Counted from the first letter of the stretch, positions 50,892 to 61,969 are shown. The stretch is DNA of 64,000 nucleotides from an uncultured Chloroflexia bacterium (GCA_963751585.1 CAVVVB010000003.1:8667-72666); one strand, 5' to 3'. A program made the numbers and translations. Notes: generated by a model from the letters alone, not told the origin.

Positions 50892-50956
50892 GATTTAAAG
50901 CCAGTTCCTGACGCCCAGCATGCCGGAATCTAATTGGCGTCCGGGCAATCGTGGCA

Positions 50957-51766
50957 CTAAGATAGCGGTATATCTCCCATGTTGACATCTTTCTCCGTGC
51001 TTATCGAGTCTATCGCCTTGGACTTTCCGCCGGATTCGATCTTAAGTGAAAAGGTAGCTACCGGCAGGCCTTCGAACCAGAAGTCGCCGAAGTCATCTGT
51101 GGTCGCTGTCAGCTTCTTGCCGTTCTTCGAATCGGTAAGCGTGCAGGTGGCTCCAATGATGACTTCTTTGGCTACCGGGTCGTAGAGGGTGCCGCCGATG
51201 AATTTTCTGGGTATGTTCAAATAATGTACCCTAGGCTTGGTCTTAAACTCGGGATTGAGCACCTCCGCCCTGTTTATTAGCTCTTTGAGCTTGGACTCAT
51301 CGGCAAATTTGATGGCTTCGGTGGGGCAGGCATCAGCACATCTGGGTACTTTCCAGCCGTTGTCCAGCAAATGAGCGCAGCCGGTGCATTTCTGAGCTAT
51401 GTTGAGATCTTCGTTGAAGTAAATGGCGTGGTAGGGGCAAGCGTCAACGCAGCTCCGGCAACCCGTGCATTTTTCCGGGTCTATGATAACCAGCCCATCT
51501 TCTCTCTTGTATATGGCGCCCTTTATCGGGCATGCCGGGATACAGGGCGCATTATCGCAGTGCATGCACAGGGTGGGGACATAGTGCATCTTAACCTTGG
51601 GCACGCTGCCTCTGACGTATTCATTCATTTTCAGCCAGAACTGGCCGGTGTCAGGCTGGGGTTTGGCTATGGGAGTCCAGTCGTTGCCGACATGTTCGTC
51701 CTTGCAGGCAATCTGGCAGCCGTAGCAGCCATTGCAGATCGACACATCTATAACAAAGGCTTTCAT
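50957..51766 (-). CDS. Fe-S (multi-[4Fe-4S]) electron-transfer beta subunit with a C-terminal Ig/transthyretin-like beta-sandwich (BthL-like)
   Basis: 269 aa. Ferredoxin-type Cys clusters (CNGCYGCQIAC, CMHCDNAPCIPACP, CTGCRSCVDACP, CTGCAHLLD...CADACP), then a C-terminal beta-rich region of about 80 aa. Confidence 0.85.
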   Translation of the reverse strand: MKAFVIDVSICNGCYGCQIACKDEHVGNDWTPIAKPQPDTGQFWLKMNEYVRGSVPKVKMHYVPTLCMHCDNAPCIPACPIKGAIYKREDGLVIIDPEKCTGCRSCVDACPYHAIYFNEDLNIAQKCTGCAHLLDNGWKVPRCADACPTEAIKFADESKLKELINRAEVLNPEFKTKPRVHYLNIPRKFIGGTLYDPVAKEVIIGATCTLTDSKNGKKLTATTDDFGDFWFEGLPVATFSLKIESGGKSKAIDSISTEKDVNMGDIPLS

Positions 51767-51769
51767 TGT

Positions 51770-54393
51770 TATATACCCCCTTCAATCCAGGCATTGAAGC
51801 GCAGTCCGGAAGCCGGGTTGTAATCTCTTTCAAAGGCTTCCGGATATTTCTTTCGCCATTCTCCATCTCTTCCATGGTGACCTTTTCCACCTCAACCAGG
51901 AAACCGCTGGTAGCCATGCCCCAGCAGTTCTTTGAAGTCCCGTTGGCCGGGGAGATGAGGTTATTGGCGCCGCCTCTATCGATGTATTCTTCAGGGCCGG
52001 CGGCGATCATATCGATCCTGGCTCCATGGTCCTGGTATACCACCCCGGGCATGATTCTCTCCCATACGATGGCCCCGCCCAGGACAATACCCCTCTCGTT
52101 GAACATCTTAACGATGTCGCCGTTCTTAATGCCTCTCTTGGTGGCGTCTGTCGGGTTAATCCAGACAGGCTCGTACATATAGCCATCGAAGCCCTTTGAC
52201 TTTGCAGGTCGGGATTTCCCTGAGCCAGGTGATATCATCATTCTGGGCATGTGTTCTCCACCTCGGTGATTGGACACCAGCAGCAGAGGATATTTCTTGG
52301 CCCTGTCGCTGGATAGCCTCTCATCATGGCTCGGACCTTTCTCAATCCATTTGGGAATCGGCGGCCTCTCCTTGTCATCAGGGAAGTGCTCGGCCAGTCT
52401 CTGCGAGTAGAACTCCAGCTTGCCGGAAGGAGTCTCCAGAGGGTTTTTCACCGGGTCTTCATAGAAAAGTCTCAAGCCGGCCGGGTCTTTCTCCCAATCT
52501 GGGGCCGTCGGGATAATATAGTATCCCTTTTCCTTAAACTTCTCCCAGCTAATCAGTTCTTGCATAGCCTGAGATCTCGTAACCATACTTAATTTTCTCC
52601 TTGACGGTCATACCCTCTGTATATTCCTCATATAGACCCAGCTTCTTGGCTACCTCACCGACTGCCTCATAATCGCTCATGGACTCTCCCAGCGGCTCTA
52701 TAGCTTGCTCTTCAATAGATCACTGCCTTTCAATGGCGTTACCATGTCGACTTCAGCTATGTCCTCTTCTTCGAGCTTGGTATTGATCGGCAGGATAATA
52801 TCGGCAAAGACAGTATCGTTTTCCAGCCAGGGATGCTGGACGACAAAACATTCTATCTTCGGGACTTCGGAAGGCTTCAATCGAAAGGTACCGTCATTCC
52901 AGCAGGTGGTCCGGCAGGGATTATCCATCCAGATCATGTGAATCTCGGTGCCGCCCTTCTTCTTTGGGTATGGGATAGGTATATTTTATAAACTGGTCTT
53001 CGACCGGCGCCATGAAAATGCAGTGCTACCCCAGGAATGTAACCGGCGGATTGAGGATAGCCTGATGGACGAGGGTCTTGGGAATAATCTGCGGCGTGTA
53101 GTGTCAGCATCAAACGTGCCCGGTCCAGACTATATCCATGACAGGCCGTATGGTCTTGAATGTTTACCGGGCGAGGCGTATCTATCGTCCGGGTATGCCG
53201 CCGCCCATTTTGCATACTGGTGGACTCCCGGTTTACCCAGTCCCTGCATACCCAGCAAGCAGCACTCCAGCCTGGCTGGCTCATGCGAATACGGCCCCCT
53301 GATATAGGAACCTCCGTAGAAATGTATCATCGAGGTTATCTTGGAGGCCCATTCTCTGGCCAGGCCTTTATGGTCCATTCCGGGACACCGCATTTACCGG
53401 AAGCCCACTCCGGTGTCTTGGGCACTCCCGTCTTCTTTTCCCATGACATAATCCGAGAATTTATCAAAGCCCACCACGTGTGTAGCTACATAATCCTTAT
53501 CATAGGTTCCTTCGGTAATCCAGATATAAGCGATAGCCAGCTGCAGGGCGGCATCGGTATTGGGCAGTATGGGAATCCATTTATCGGCATGAACGGCCGC
53601 GGCATAGTTAGGTCCGGGCAGATGAAGACCTGTTTTATTGCCGATTTCGGTCCAGAAATAGCAGCACCCGGCTGGGGAACTGGCCGGCAAAACCCCAGGG
53701 CGTGGTCTCCAGGTCAGCCCCGATATGCACCAGCATTTCAGTGTGCTGGGTAACATCATTGAGCAAATTATCGGCCGGGCTCATCATGGCCCATCTGTCC
53801 GCTTCCCCACACATGCTTGGCTCCCCAGATACCATCCCTCCCAGCTATCCGCATTTCTGACGGCTAGGGTATAGCCTCCCAGCTTTCTCCATAAGCAACA
53901 TCTGGCAGCCATGCGGGCCATGAATAGTCTTGGTTTCCCCATGTCCATCGCCGTGGCAGAGCACGGCATAGGGCCCGTATTTTTTCTGTACCCGCTTAAT
54001 CTCATTGGCGATAATGGTGGTGGCTTCATCCCAGGAAATCCTCTTATATTTGCTCTTGCCCCGGTTCTGCGGATTTCTCTCGCCGTTGGGGTCCCAGTCC
54101 ACCCTCTTCAGGGGATATAGTATCCGGTTGGGAGAATAAACACGCTTTTTGTAGGCAAGCTGATAGGGAGCTAGTCAGTCCTTTAAGAGCGGCTCGAAGA
54201 CCTTCCCATTCTTCTCAATCTTCCAGGGATTAATCTCTTTCTTGGTGTATTTCTCATCGTAGTGATAGGGCCTGATCCTGACTATTCTGCCATCTTTAAC
54301 ATCTACGGCCGACATGTCGCTATTCAAGGTGAAGGAACACTGTCCCAGTGATTTCCGCACCGTCTTGTCTGGCTTAGTGTTGATAGGCTTCAC
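51770..54393 (-). pseudogene. Pyrogallol-hydroxytransferase-like large subunit, copy C, disrupted by at least 8 frameshifts (3' boundary approximate)
   Basis: Fragments 54175-54393 (GTG start, GGAGG RBS; MKPINTKPDKT...VDVKDGRIVRIRPYHYDEKY), 53845-54102, 53635-53835, 53394-53759, 53130-53393, 52698-52937 and 51651-52586 align in order with copy B. Confidence 0.7.
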
Positions 54394-54703
54394 GACTCGT
54401 TACCTCCTTCTTCGCTGTTTTTGTCTGTTATTCCGGTACGCATCAAAAAGCTAAATGATACCAGGCGGGCTAACTATCCGGCTGGAACTGTGGCCAAGAG
54501 GATCAACGTCATGTTTCCGGATAGTCCTTTTTGAGCGCCTAAATATTAAGTGGGAAGAATTAGAATGTCAAGTAGAGACATGTGTACGCCTGCGGTTGTT
54601 GACAAACTCCAAATCTTGGCCTACAATTCACCTCGTTCTAACGCCATTTGAGATCAGTAGTAATTTAACATATAAGAAATCGTATAGGAGGGAGTAATCG
54701 ACA

Positions 54704-55957
54704 ATGAAGAAGGTGATTCTAGCGGCAATATTGGCTGTACTCGTTAGTGGCTTGATTCTCGTTGGCTGCGCGGCGCCAGCACAAGCGCCAACAACGCAAA
54801 CGCCGGGACCTACGGCAAAACAACTTGACGTAGGCGTTTGTAGCCCGCTAACCGGGACCATGGCATTCCTGGGCAACCAGACAGTCAATGCGATCTTGCT
54901 GGCCATTGAGGATCAGAATGCAAAGGGTGGTGTGACTATTGGCGGGCAAAAGTATTTGATAAATCCCATCCAGCGTGACACCAAAGCGGATCTCGTTGTT
55001 GCCAAGTCTGTCGCCGAGGAACTGGTATTTGACAAGAAGGTTAAAGTTATCTCCGGGCCTTTTCAAGCCGATGCCGTCGGTATTCAGGCAGTTAGCGAGC
55101 CGAACAAAGTTCTGGCATTCTTCATCCAAGTCCTTTTACCGTCAATGACTGGACCAAATAAGCCATACAGTTTCTTTGTTTCTTTCCCTATACCGCAGAT
55201 GACTTATAAGCTGCTAGATTATACGGATAAGAAACAGTTAGCGGCAGGGAAAAATGTGCTTTCTGTAGAGGCCGATACACCCGATAACCCGTCCTTTGTG
55301 AATGCGGAGGAGTCGGCTTGCAAACTCCTCGGCTATAACTATCTTGGTTACGAGAAATTCTCGATTGATACGAGGGACTTTGGGCCATTCGTTGCGCGGG
55401 TGCTACCGCACAAGGCGGATATCATAGATACCGGCAACTCAGGGGGTGTAATGGGAGGGGTGCAATGCGTTATGCTCAAGCAGTTGAGGGATGCCGGCTT
55501 TACTGGCCCGATACTTATACCGGCAGCCCCTCCAGAAGCCGTCCTGGAGCAGACCGTGTCTGCGCAATCTCTTAACAAGGTGGTAAGTCAGTATATCAAC
55601 GTGAATGATCCCGTAGTGAACCCGAAATACGCCGATGTGGCCAAGCGGTATCAGGCGAAGTACAATGAGGAGGCCGTCGACATTGTTCCGGGCTACTACA
55701 ATGTTATGGCGGCTTTGTTCGATTTTCTAAATACCCAAAATACCATGGACTCGACTGCCTGGATGGACGGGTTTTCCAAATACTGCTGGGATGGCACCAT
55801 GGATGCAAAATCTTGCTGGATTGAGCAAGTTGGGGATGGAATCAATCGGCGGGTAGCTCAAAATAACTGGGTGACCCACTATGAGAACGGCAAGCCGGTA
55901 ACCGACTTTACCGCCCCGTTTCCCTGGGATTTGTTTGTAAAACCACCGTCCCAGTAA
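54704..55957 (+). CDS. Periplasmic solute-binding lipoprotein, LivK/Peripla_BP_6 family (paralog 2)
   Basis: Lipobox LILVGCAAP. Collinear similarity to 28212 and 57231 (GVCSPLTGTMAFLGNQ...EDQNAKGGVTIGGQKY). Confidence 0.8.
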   Translation: MKKVILAAILAVLVSGLILVGCAAPAQAPTTQTPGPTAKQLDVGVCSPLTGTMAFLGNQTVNAILLAIEDQNAKGGVTIGGQKYLINPIQRDTKADLVVAKSVAEELVFDKKVKVISGPFQADAVGIQAVSEPNKVLAFFIQVLLPSMTGPNKPYSFFVSFPIPQMTYKLLDYTDKKQLAAGKNVLSVEADTPDNPSFVNAEESACKLLGYNYLGYEKFSIDTRDFGPFVARVLPHKADIIDTGNSGGVMGGVQCVMLKQLRDAGFTGPILIPAAPPEAVLEQTVSAQSLNKVVSQYINVNDPVVNPKYADVAKRYQAKYNEEAVDIVPGYYNVMAALFDFLNTQNTMDSTAWMDGFSKYCWDGTMDAKSCWIEQVGDGINRRVAQNNWVTHYENGKPVTDFTAPFPWDLFVKPPSQ

Positions 55958-56065
55958 ACAATAAAACGAAGAAATCCGCCAACTAGTGGTGCAATAGGGC
56001 AGGGATCTCCGATGTCGTAGATCTGGATCGGAAGATCTCTGCCCTCTCTTGTTGTTACCTAACTG

Positions 56066-57133
56066 CTACAACCCGAGAAGGTTTGCGGCATTCGAATGAA
56101 ACAGTTTCTCTTTGTCGCCGCTGCTTATCGGCAGGTTCTCCATGAATTCCACTGCCTCCTTGCCCGGCTCGAAGGGATAGTCGGCGGCAAACATTATCCT
56201 GTCCATGCCTATGGACATTTGTGTGCACAGCAACGCCGGGTACCACAGCATGCCGCTGGTGGTGACGTAGAAATTATCTTTGAAATACTGGCTGGGGAGT
56301 TTCTTGAGTCGCTTGGTGAGCGGACTGGCATCGGCCCCGGTTTCCTTCTCCACATTTGTCGTCAGGTTTCTATCCGCTGAGCTTTGTACGCGGTCGTCGA
56401 TTCGCGCCATCCAGAACGGCAACGCTTCGCCCAAATGGCCAAGGATAATCTTCAGGTTGGGGTAGGCGTCAAATACGCCGCTGCAAATGAGGCGTATGGC
56501 CGTTAGTCCCCCCTCTACGGCAAATCCCCACATAGAGCCCGTTAGTTGTGGGTAGCCTGAATACTGTTTGAGCCTGTCGGGCGACGGGTGTATGGGGTGT
56601 ATATATATGGGCACTCCTAGCTGGGCTGCCCTTTCATAGACGGGCCAGTATTTCTTGGCATCAATGAACTCGCCCTGGACATGGGACAATACCATGGTCC
56701 CCTTGAAGCCAAGCTGCTTTACCGCCCTTTCCAGCTCATTGGCCGCCGCCTGCGGGTCGTTAAGGGCGATGGCGGCAAAGCTGGCGAACCTATCGGGATG
56801 CTTCTTAACGGCGTCATGCAGAAGGTCGTTAACCTTTCTGGTTAGAGCCGTGGCTTCGTCAACATCGAGCAGGTTTACCTCCGGATTAAACGACAGCACC
56901 TGCATGTCGATACCGGCCTTATCCATTTCTTTTAGTCTGCCTTCTCCGATGTCACATAGCTTGCTAAGGATCATATCCGGCAAGTATCCGTTGTATACCT
57001 TCGGCGAGTCCCACCAGCGCCAGACCTTCTGGCCGTTTTCTATGACGCTGTCCAGCTTCGGATATTTCTTCCTCGCTTGCATATGATCCATGAAGACCTG
57101 GGTAAAACAATGCTCCTCGATGGCTATTTTCAT
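56066..57133 (-). CDS. Amidohydrolase-2 family metal-dependent decarboxylase/hydrolase (LigW / ACMSD / gamma-resorcylate-decarboxylase-like)
   Basis: 355 aa with the N-terminal metal motif KIAIEEHCF (compare the LigW IALEEHF). TIM-barrel His/Asp positions fit (HPIHP, LGHLGE, AADYPFE). Confidence 0.8.
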   Translation of the reverse strand: MKIAIEEHCFTQVFMDHMQARKKYPKLDSVIENGQKVWRWWDSPKVYNGYLPDMILSKLCDIGEGRLKEMDKAGIDMQVLSFNPEVNLLDVDEATALTRKVNDLLHDAVKKHPDRFASFAAIALNDPQAAANELERAVKQLGFKGTMVLSHVQGEFIDAKKYWPVYERAAQLGVPIYIHPIHPSPDRLKQYSGYPQLTGSMWGFAVEGGLTAIRLICSGVFDAYPNLKIILGHLGEALPFWMARIDDRVQSSADRNLTTNVEKETGADASPLTKRLKKLPSQYFKDNFYVTTSGMLWYPALLCTQMSIGMDRIMFAADYPFEPGKEAVEFMENLPISSGDKEKLFHSNAANLLGL

Positions 57134-57230
57134 AAGACACCTTCCTTAAAATCGATTATTACCAGTTTAGAGAAGCCGGGCGCATCGACTTGTTCGGTGC
57201 GTTCGGCTTACTCGGATTCCGTTGGCTGAA

Positions 57231-58475
57231 TTATTTTGTGACAAACATATCGTCGGGAACTTGAGCTGAGAACTCGGTCACGGGCTTACCCTTCTTGTAT
57301 TCAGAGACCCAGGTACCAACTATCACGCGTCGGTTGATTCCGTCGGCAGGTTCTCCAACCCAACGAGACTCGACCCCGAACAGGTTCTGCCATTGGTATT
57401 GGGCAAAGCCTTGCATCCAGGCGACGGTGTCCATGCTGTTCTGTGTATTCAGAAATTCAAAGAAAGCCTTCATGACGTTGTAGTAGTAAGCCACAATGTC
57501 GACGGGCGCGGCGTTGTACTTAGTATTGAACCGGGTCATCACGTCGCGATATTTCGGGTCAACTATCGGATAATCTATGTTCGCGTAGTAAGTAACCACC
57601 TTGTCAAGAGATGCCGGAGGTACGAGTTCCTCTACGATATCTTCGGGGGGAGCCGCCGGTATCGAAACAAGGCCGGTGAAGCCCTCTTCTCTTAGCTGTT
57701 TTACCAGAAGGGCGCCCAATCCTCCCATCGAACCTCCCACGCCGCCGGTGTCTATGATATCGGCGTTATGGGTTAGAACACGGGAGATTATGGGCGTAAA
57801 GTCCTTTGTGGTAGTCGGGACTTTTTCGAAGCCCAGGTAATTCATACCCAGTCGCTTGCAGGCAGCTTCTGTATCCGCAGCAAACGTCGGACCGGTGGGT
57901 ATATCAGCTTCGATGCAGAAGACCGTTTCAGCTTGAGGGTAGAACTGGTGAATGTAAGCTAGAGGGCTCCAGGTCATCTGTGATACGGTGGGAGCGCAAA
58001 AGAAACTGTACGGCTTGTTGGGGCCAGTCATGCCGGCTAATGCCGGATTTGTGCCAAACAATAGGACCTTATTAGGCTCACTGACTGTCTGCACGCCTGC
58101 GCCGTCAGCAATGAATACCCCTGCAATTACCTTAACTTTTTTGTCGAAAATCAGTTCCTCGGCGATGTTCTTGGCATCCACGATGTTGTGCTTGGTGTCA
58201 CGGACAATGGGGTTCAGCGTGTACTTTTGCCCGCCAATGGTGACGCCGCCCTGGGCATTCCGGTCCTCCATTGCCATCAGAATTGAGTTGCTGATTTGGC
58301 CACCAAGGAATGCCGATGGACCGGTCAATGGGCTGGCGATGCCGATGTCCAGCGTCTGAACTGCCGCTGGAGCTGGTGTTGGTGTTGAGGATGGCGTCTG
58401 CCCGGCACAACCACCAAGAATCAACATGCTGACCAGCGCGGCCATTACTGAGATTAGAAACAATTTGTTCCTCAT
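57231..58475 (-). CDS. Periplasmic solute-binding lipoprotein, LivK/Peripla_BP_6 family (paralog 3)
   Basis: Lipobox LILGGCAGQ with the same family architecture (GIASPLTGPSAFLGGQ...EDRNAQGGVTIGGQKY). Confidence 0.8.
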   Translation of the reverse strand: MRNKLFLISVMAALVSMLILGGCAGQTPSSTPTPAPAAVQTLDIGIASPLTGPSAFLGGQISNSILMAMEDRNAQGGVTIGGQKYTLNPIVRDTKHNIVDAKNIAEELIFDKKVKVIAGVFIADGAGVQTVSEPNKVLLFGTNPALAGMTGPNKPYSFFCAPTVSQMTWSPLAYIHQFYPQAETVFCIEADIPTGPTFAADTEAACKRLGMNYLGFEKVPTTTKDFTPIISRVLTHNADIIDTGGVGGSMGGLGALLVKQLREEGFTGLVSIPAAPPEDIVEELVPPASLDKVVTYYANIDYPIVDPKYRDVMTRFNTKYNAAPVDIVAYYYNVMKAFFEFLNTQNSMDTVAWMQGFAQYQWQNLFGVESRWVGEPADGINRRVIVGTWVSEYKKGKPVTEFSAQVPDDMFVTK

Positions 58476-58943
58476 TGCTCGCTCCTTTCTGCTAAATGGT
58501 CATAACGTACCGAGTTCAGTTGATATGGGTCTGCGCTCATATTCTGAGATTTGCGCAATGATATAATAACTTAGCCTCTGGGGCCAAAAACGGTAAGCAG
58601 CTTAACTCGCTGCCGTATCAGCGGGCTTCAGTTTAGTACCTTTGTTGGAAATTTGTCAACATGGAATTATCGTCTAGGGATGTGCGAAACTCTATAAAGG
58701 CAGCCGCACAGGTTCTGTAGCTATGTTCTTGGCGAGTCCGAGAAGCTCCAGCTAGATCAAGCCCGGCCGGGGTATTTCCTGGTCCTCTACGTAGGACGAA
58801 TTCTATGTCAAGCGAAACTTAAGACCATTAGGATTTTAACCAAAGAGACAATTTGCTTTCTTAAAGACGTGAGTTGACCCTTCTGATTTCACCAGCTATG
58901 ATTGATTAAGAGATACTATAGCAAGCCTCGGGTGATTTAGAGA

Positions 58944-59534
58944 ATGGCACAGATTTTGCCGCGGACAGAGGTTAGAACGACAATCGCAGTAGACCTGGAT
59001 GGGGTTCTAGTAGAGCATATAGCACCTGTGCTTGATAAACTTAAGCGGGAATTGAATGTTAATCTCTGCAAATACGACATAAGTGATTCACAATTTCCCA
59101 TTGGAGGCACTTACATAAAAATCGAAATAGCAAAAGCCGAAAGAGATGAACAATTTGCTAAGACAATGCCATCAATAAGAGGCGCTGTCGAAGGGGTTCA
59201 AAAATTATACGCTAAGTTTAATATAGTTATCGCTACCAGCCGCGAGTCTTGTACAGACTCTTGGAGTCGTGGATGGTTAGATGATCATAGTGTTCCCTAT
59301 GGGAGGTTCATCAACACGAGCTCTAAAGGGAAGACGCTTAGCGGAGCGGATATCTTAATTGACGATCACATTGAGAACATACGAAGTTTCATGAGTAATG
59401 GACACAGGATCAGACAAGCAATTCTGTTCTCGCAGCCTTGGAACTCGGATGTTAACCCAATTCGCGACCTCATAAGATCAGGCGGGGTTAAAATTGCCCA
59501 TAACTGGGAAGCCGTGCTAGCTATCTTAGGTTGA
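58944..59534 (+). CDS. HAD-superfamily 5'(3')-deoxyribonucleotidase-like protein (NT5C family)
   Basis: HAD motif I IAVDLDGVL and a C-terminal Asp motif ILIDDHIEN. Length and layout fit the NT5C-type. The local GC is lower than in flanking core genes. Confidence 0.6.
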   Translation: MAQILPRTEVRTTIAVDLDGVLVEHIAPVLDKLKRELNVNLCKYDISDSQFPIGGTYIKIEIAKAERDEQFAKTMPSIRGAVEGVQKLYAKFNIVIATSRESCTDSWSRGWLDDHSVPYGRFINTSSKGKTLSGADILIDDHIENIRSFMSNGHRIRQAILFSQPWNSDVNPIRDLIRSGGVKIAHNWEAVLAILG

Positions 59535-59577
59535 GGTTCACTTGCCTGAGCTCTTGCCAGCTTCGGTACAGAACCAC

Positions 59578-60051
59578 TCATTCTTTAACCGGATATTTTG
59601 ACCTCTCACTGGCATTTGGATACCAGCCATCTTTAACATGCTCTTTAATATCAAATTGAGGTACATAGGGTTTAATATCCAATAACGGAGTCTCATCCAG
59701 CATATCCACTTCACCAATCTCCAGAATATTGTCCTTGACTTTCAAGAGTTTTACCATTGAGAGTCCGATCGGATTCGGCCGGGCAAAATAACGGATAGCG
59801 AAGATACCTTTCTTTTCCTTATCCAGAAAAGGTTTAGTCAGCAGTTGAAAACCTTCCGCCTTATGGAAGTGGTAAAGCAAGATCAAGTGAGAAAAGCCTT
59901 CGATATCTTTAAGCCCTGCCGCATATTCCGGAAATAATTCAATATAGCCCTGATTGTCAGGGGAGAAACAACCCTGAATAGGAGTATCTTCTTTCCTGGT
60001 GTAAGGGGTGTGAATAACTCCGATGGGTTTATAGATAATTGCGTCCGGCAT
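59578..60051 (-). CDS. TsaA/YaeB (TrmO) family tRNA-methyltransferase-like protein
   Basis: The C-terminal 153 aa of track ORF 59578..60453 (IIYKPIGVIHTPY...GIFAIRYFARPNPIGLSMVKLL). An internal ATG at 60051 with a GGAGGG RBS marks the start. Upstream, the same ORF encodes the ModC TOBE domain. Confidence 0.75.
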   Translation of the reverse strand: MPDAIIYKPIGVIHTPYTRKEDTPIQGCFSPDNQGYIELFPEYAAGLKDIEGFSHLILLYHFHKAEGFQLLTKPFLDKEKKGIFAIRYFARPNPIGLSMVKLLKVKDNILEIGEVDMLDETPLLDIKPYVPQFDIKEHVKDGWYPNASERSKYPVKE

Positions 60052-60054
60052 AAT

Positions 60055-61205
60055 TCCCTCCACAAGTTCTAAAAGACTGTTGTAACAAAAAGAGAAATTA
60101 CAGATAGTCTCTATGAAAAAATCTAATTCTGTAATAACTACCACATGTTCCGCCGGCAGATATAAGTAGCTTGATTGGCCTTCACGGATTACATCTGAAT
60201 CCGGCCTGGATAATATCACCATGATATAATGCCGGGTCGTCCCGACGGTATTCACATGGAAATAGTAATTAGTGGCAGTAACCCCTTCGACTACCCGGTC
60301 TACCGTACTTAAAAATGTATTTTCACCCGGTTGATCCCTCAATTGAATATATTCCGGCCGGATACCACAGTGACATGCTGATTGGTCGCCAGATTCATGG
60401 TTTTTTGGAATAATGGCTCTGACGGAACCACCTAATTCAGGGACTTTTATCAAGGCGCTCGATTCCTTCGATTTCGGTGACAGAGCCTTCCATCAAATTC
60501 TTAAATCCTACCAGCCTGGCGACGGTATGATTCGAGGGGCAGGTAATTACTTTCTCCTTGTGATCATGCTGGACGATACGTCCCGACTCAAATACGGCGA
60601 TTCTTGAACTGAGCTTATAACCCTCGGTTAAATCATGAGTGACAAACAGCATATTGCCTTTGTAAAAGCGCTGCAAAGCCTGAAGCTCAAGCTGCAAGCG
60701 TTCTTTCACCAGGGAATCCAGGGCAGAAAAGGGTTCATCCAGCAATAAGACTTCAGGTTCGGGCGCCAGAGCCCGGGCCACAGCCACCCGCTGCTGCTGC
60801 CCCGCCGATAGCTGTCTGGGATATCTGTCTCCCAGCCTCTGGATATTCATTTTCTCCAGCAACTCGGAGACTCTGTCTTTTATCTCCTTCGCAGTGAGAT
60901 GGCGGATACCATAGCCGATATTCTGATTTACGGTAAGATGGGGGAAAAGAGCATAGTTCTGGAAGACGAATCCTACCTTGCGCATCTGGGCCGGCAGGCT
61001 GAATTCCGCTGGCTGAATCCAACAGCACTTTATCATTAAGCTTGATGTAGCCTTCATCCGGCCGGATCAGCCCGGCAATACATTGCAGGGTCATCGTTTT
61101 TCCGGAGCCGGAGGGCCCCAGGATCGCCAGGATTTCCTGGTTTACCGAGAAAGCCACATCCAGGGTAAATCCCGGCAGTTTCCTTTTTACCCGGACTTCC
61201 AGCAT
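60055..61205 (-). pseudogene. modC: Molybdate/tungstate ABC transporter ATP-binding protein ModC-like (ATPase plus TOBE domain) with at least 2 frameshifts
   Basis: Walker A (GPSGSGKT) in ORF 60753..61205, and signature/Walker B (LSAGQQQRVAVARAL, LLLDEPFSALD) in ORF 60437..61057, in a different frame. The TOBE-like region continues into ORF 59578..60453. Confidence 0.7.
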
Positions 61206-61268
61206 CAGTCTACCTCCGAGTTGGAGATAGACCGGCGTATCTTCATTTTAAAAATTGAGAACTTCACT

Positions 61269-61969
61269 TTACTCCACACTTTCCCGGTTCACCACCTGTG
61301 TTCTGGCTTTGTAGGTCTTTCCTTTCCAGTAAGCAATCGCTGCCAGAGCGGCGAAGGCAATCACCAGCACTATCCCCACCAGGACCAAAGCTTGATTCAT
61401 ATCCCCGGCCTGAATGGAAAAATAAATCGCTACAGGAATGGTGGCGGTTTTACCCGGAATATTACCGGCTAGCATCAAGGTAGCCCCGAACTCTCCCAGG
61501 GCAACGGGCCAGGGACAGCACGGTCGCCGCGGCTACTCCCGGCCAGGCCAGAGGCAGAGTAACCGACCAGAAGACTCGCCATTCGGAGGCTCCCAGTGTC
61601 CGGGCGGCATCTTCAATATGGCTATCCACCTGTTCAAATGCCCCGCGGGAGGTCATATACATCAGGGGAAAGGACATCACCGCCGCCGAAATCACGGTGG
61701 CCGGCCAGGAAAAAACAACAGTGGTATCAAAAAGGGAAAGGAATTCTCCGATGGGACCGTGTTTGCCGAATAGTCAACAATAATCCCAGTCCTACTACGG
61801 TAGGCGGCAGGACCAGAGGCAAAATAAAGAGGCCGTCGATCAAGTTTTTGAATTTCCCCGAGTAGCGCGCCATCCAGCGAGCGGCGGCAATCCCCAGAAA
61901 AAAGGTGATTGCCGTCGCTACTAGGACCGTCCTCAGGGAAATCCATAATGGCGACAGATACGTTTCTGT
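61269..61969 (-). pseudogene. modB: Molybdate ABC transporter permease ModB-like with at least 2 frameshifts
   Basis: Three collinear fragments (61727-62005 N-terminal TM region; 61462-61695 with the ABC-permease EAA-like loop ...DAARTLGASEWRVFWSVTLP; 61269-61478 C-terminal TMs). Confidence 0.7.

Noticed and set aside
59578-60453. A 291-aa protein that looks like a TOBE-domain::TsaA fusion
   Set aside because: The N-terminal 138 aa continue the frameshifted modC (TOBE domain). An internal ATG at 60051 with a GGAGGG RBS starts a normal-length TsaA/TrmO-like protein. The fusion ORF is an artefact of the disrupted modC stop region.
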